DNA of 64,000 bases, from NCBI GenBank assembly GCA_976551045.1, contig CDPCPM010000106.1:20894001-20958000 (forward strand), given 5' to 3'. Positions 63,253-64,000 of the stretch are shown piece by piece. How positions within the stretch are numbered: position 1 is the first letter of the stretch; each line of letters opens with the position of its first letter. A program made the position numbers and the translations under genes. The notes beneath the pieces were generated by a model. It had not been told where the DNA came from and did not search any database. It saw only the letters and a list, made by a program, of their open reading frames with translations. Source of the DNA: Glaucostegus cemiculus. Its lineage: Eukaryota.

Positions 63253-64000
63253 AAAACTAGCAATGAGGTCTGAAAAGCTGACACCATTTGGTGAATTTCT
63301 CAGTCATGTAAGGACTGAGAAGGACATGCATGTTGGTTCCTGTCCTTCAGAACCTGTCTTAAAGGTGCCTCACTTTAATTGTCCCAAAGGACCCATTATG
63401 TCATACTGCATGGAATCACTGCAAAGCAAAGTCCCCTGATTAATTTAGTTGAAGTAAAATTTAGAAGAATGTTCTAAAATATTGCTGATGAAGTGGACAG
63501 ATTAAAATAAATAGCTTTTTCTTTGATGACTTAAATTGAAAATTAATGGAATAATATTTACCCCATGTTATAAGTGTCTAGTTCTGTTCATGGTATCAAT
63601 CAATTTTAACCAACATTTCAGGTTCCTGACCATTATTTGATCATCCGTTGCTTGAAATTTATAAACTAAATTAAATGCTTTAATTCATGTTGAAAAGATG
63701 GTTGAAACAATTTCTAATTCCATTCTTCTTCTCAAAAGCGAAAGTCTTGGAAAGTCTGCAATCTAGATTGGAAATTTGCTTCAGGTTTGCCGCAGGGTTC
63801 ACCCAAAGTACGATGGTATGGTAGTGACTGTTCTGCTACTACTATCAGCTCAATTCAAATCACAGGCATCACCATCATGTGCTATGGTGCTCTGTGTATA
63901 TCTGAGGCTACAACCTCTGGTATCCAGGTATCACTCACTGCAGAACTCCCTGACATCCAAAATCTTTTTTTATTCTGACAGAGCAAGAAAAGAGTTCCAT

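Overview
AT-rich, CpG-depleted vertebrate genomic DNA. The repeat content (CR1/HER1-like LINE tails, HE1-like V-SINEs, SacSINE1/Deu-domain SINEs, Penelope-type terminal repeats) suggests a cartilaginous fish, possibly a batoid; this is an inference. The only supportable protein-coding gene is an intronless class III POU homeobox gene, POU3F1/Oct6, on the minus strand (57559-58692). It has a CCAAT-array promoter, a CpG-retaining domain and a probably long AU-rich 3' UTR. The remaining ~55 kb downstream is gene-poor, with LINE/SINE relics and several repeat-free, homeobox-motif-dense blocks that look like enhancers. Most notable non-routine items: a decayed R2-clade retrotransposon with no visible 28S rDNA context; six dispersed copies of a repeat carrying a minimal hammerhead-ribozyme-like core; an orphan CpG-retaining island at the distance where the mouse Oct6 Schwann-cell enhancer lies; V-SINEs with two different LINE-derived tails; and a solo LTR with a clean 5-bp TSD. 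All repeat boundaries were read by eye and are approximate, and all family comparisons are from memory with no database search.
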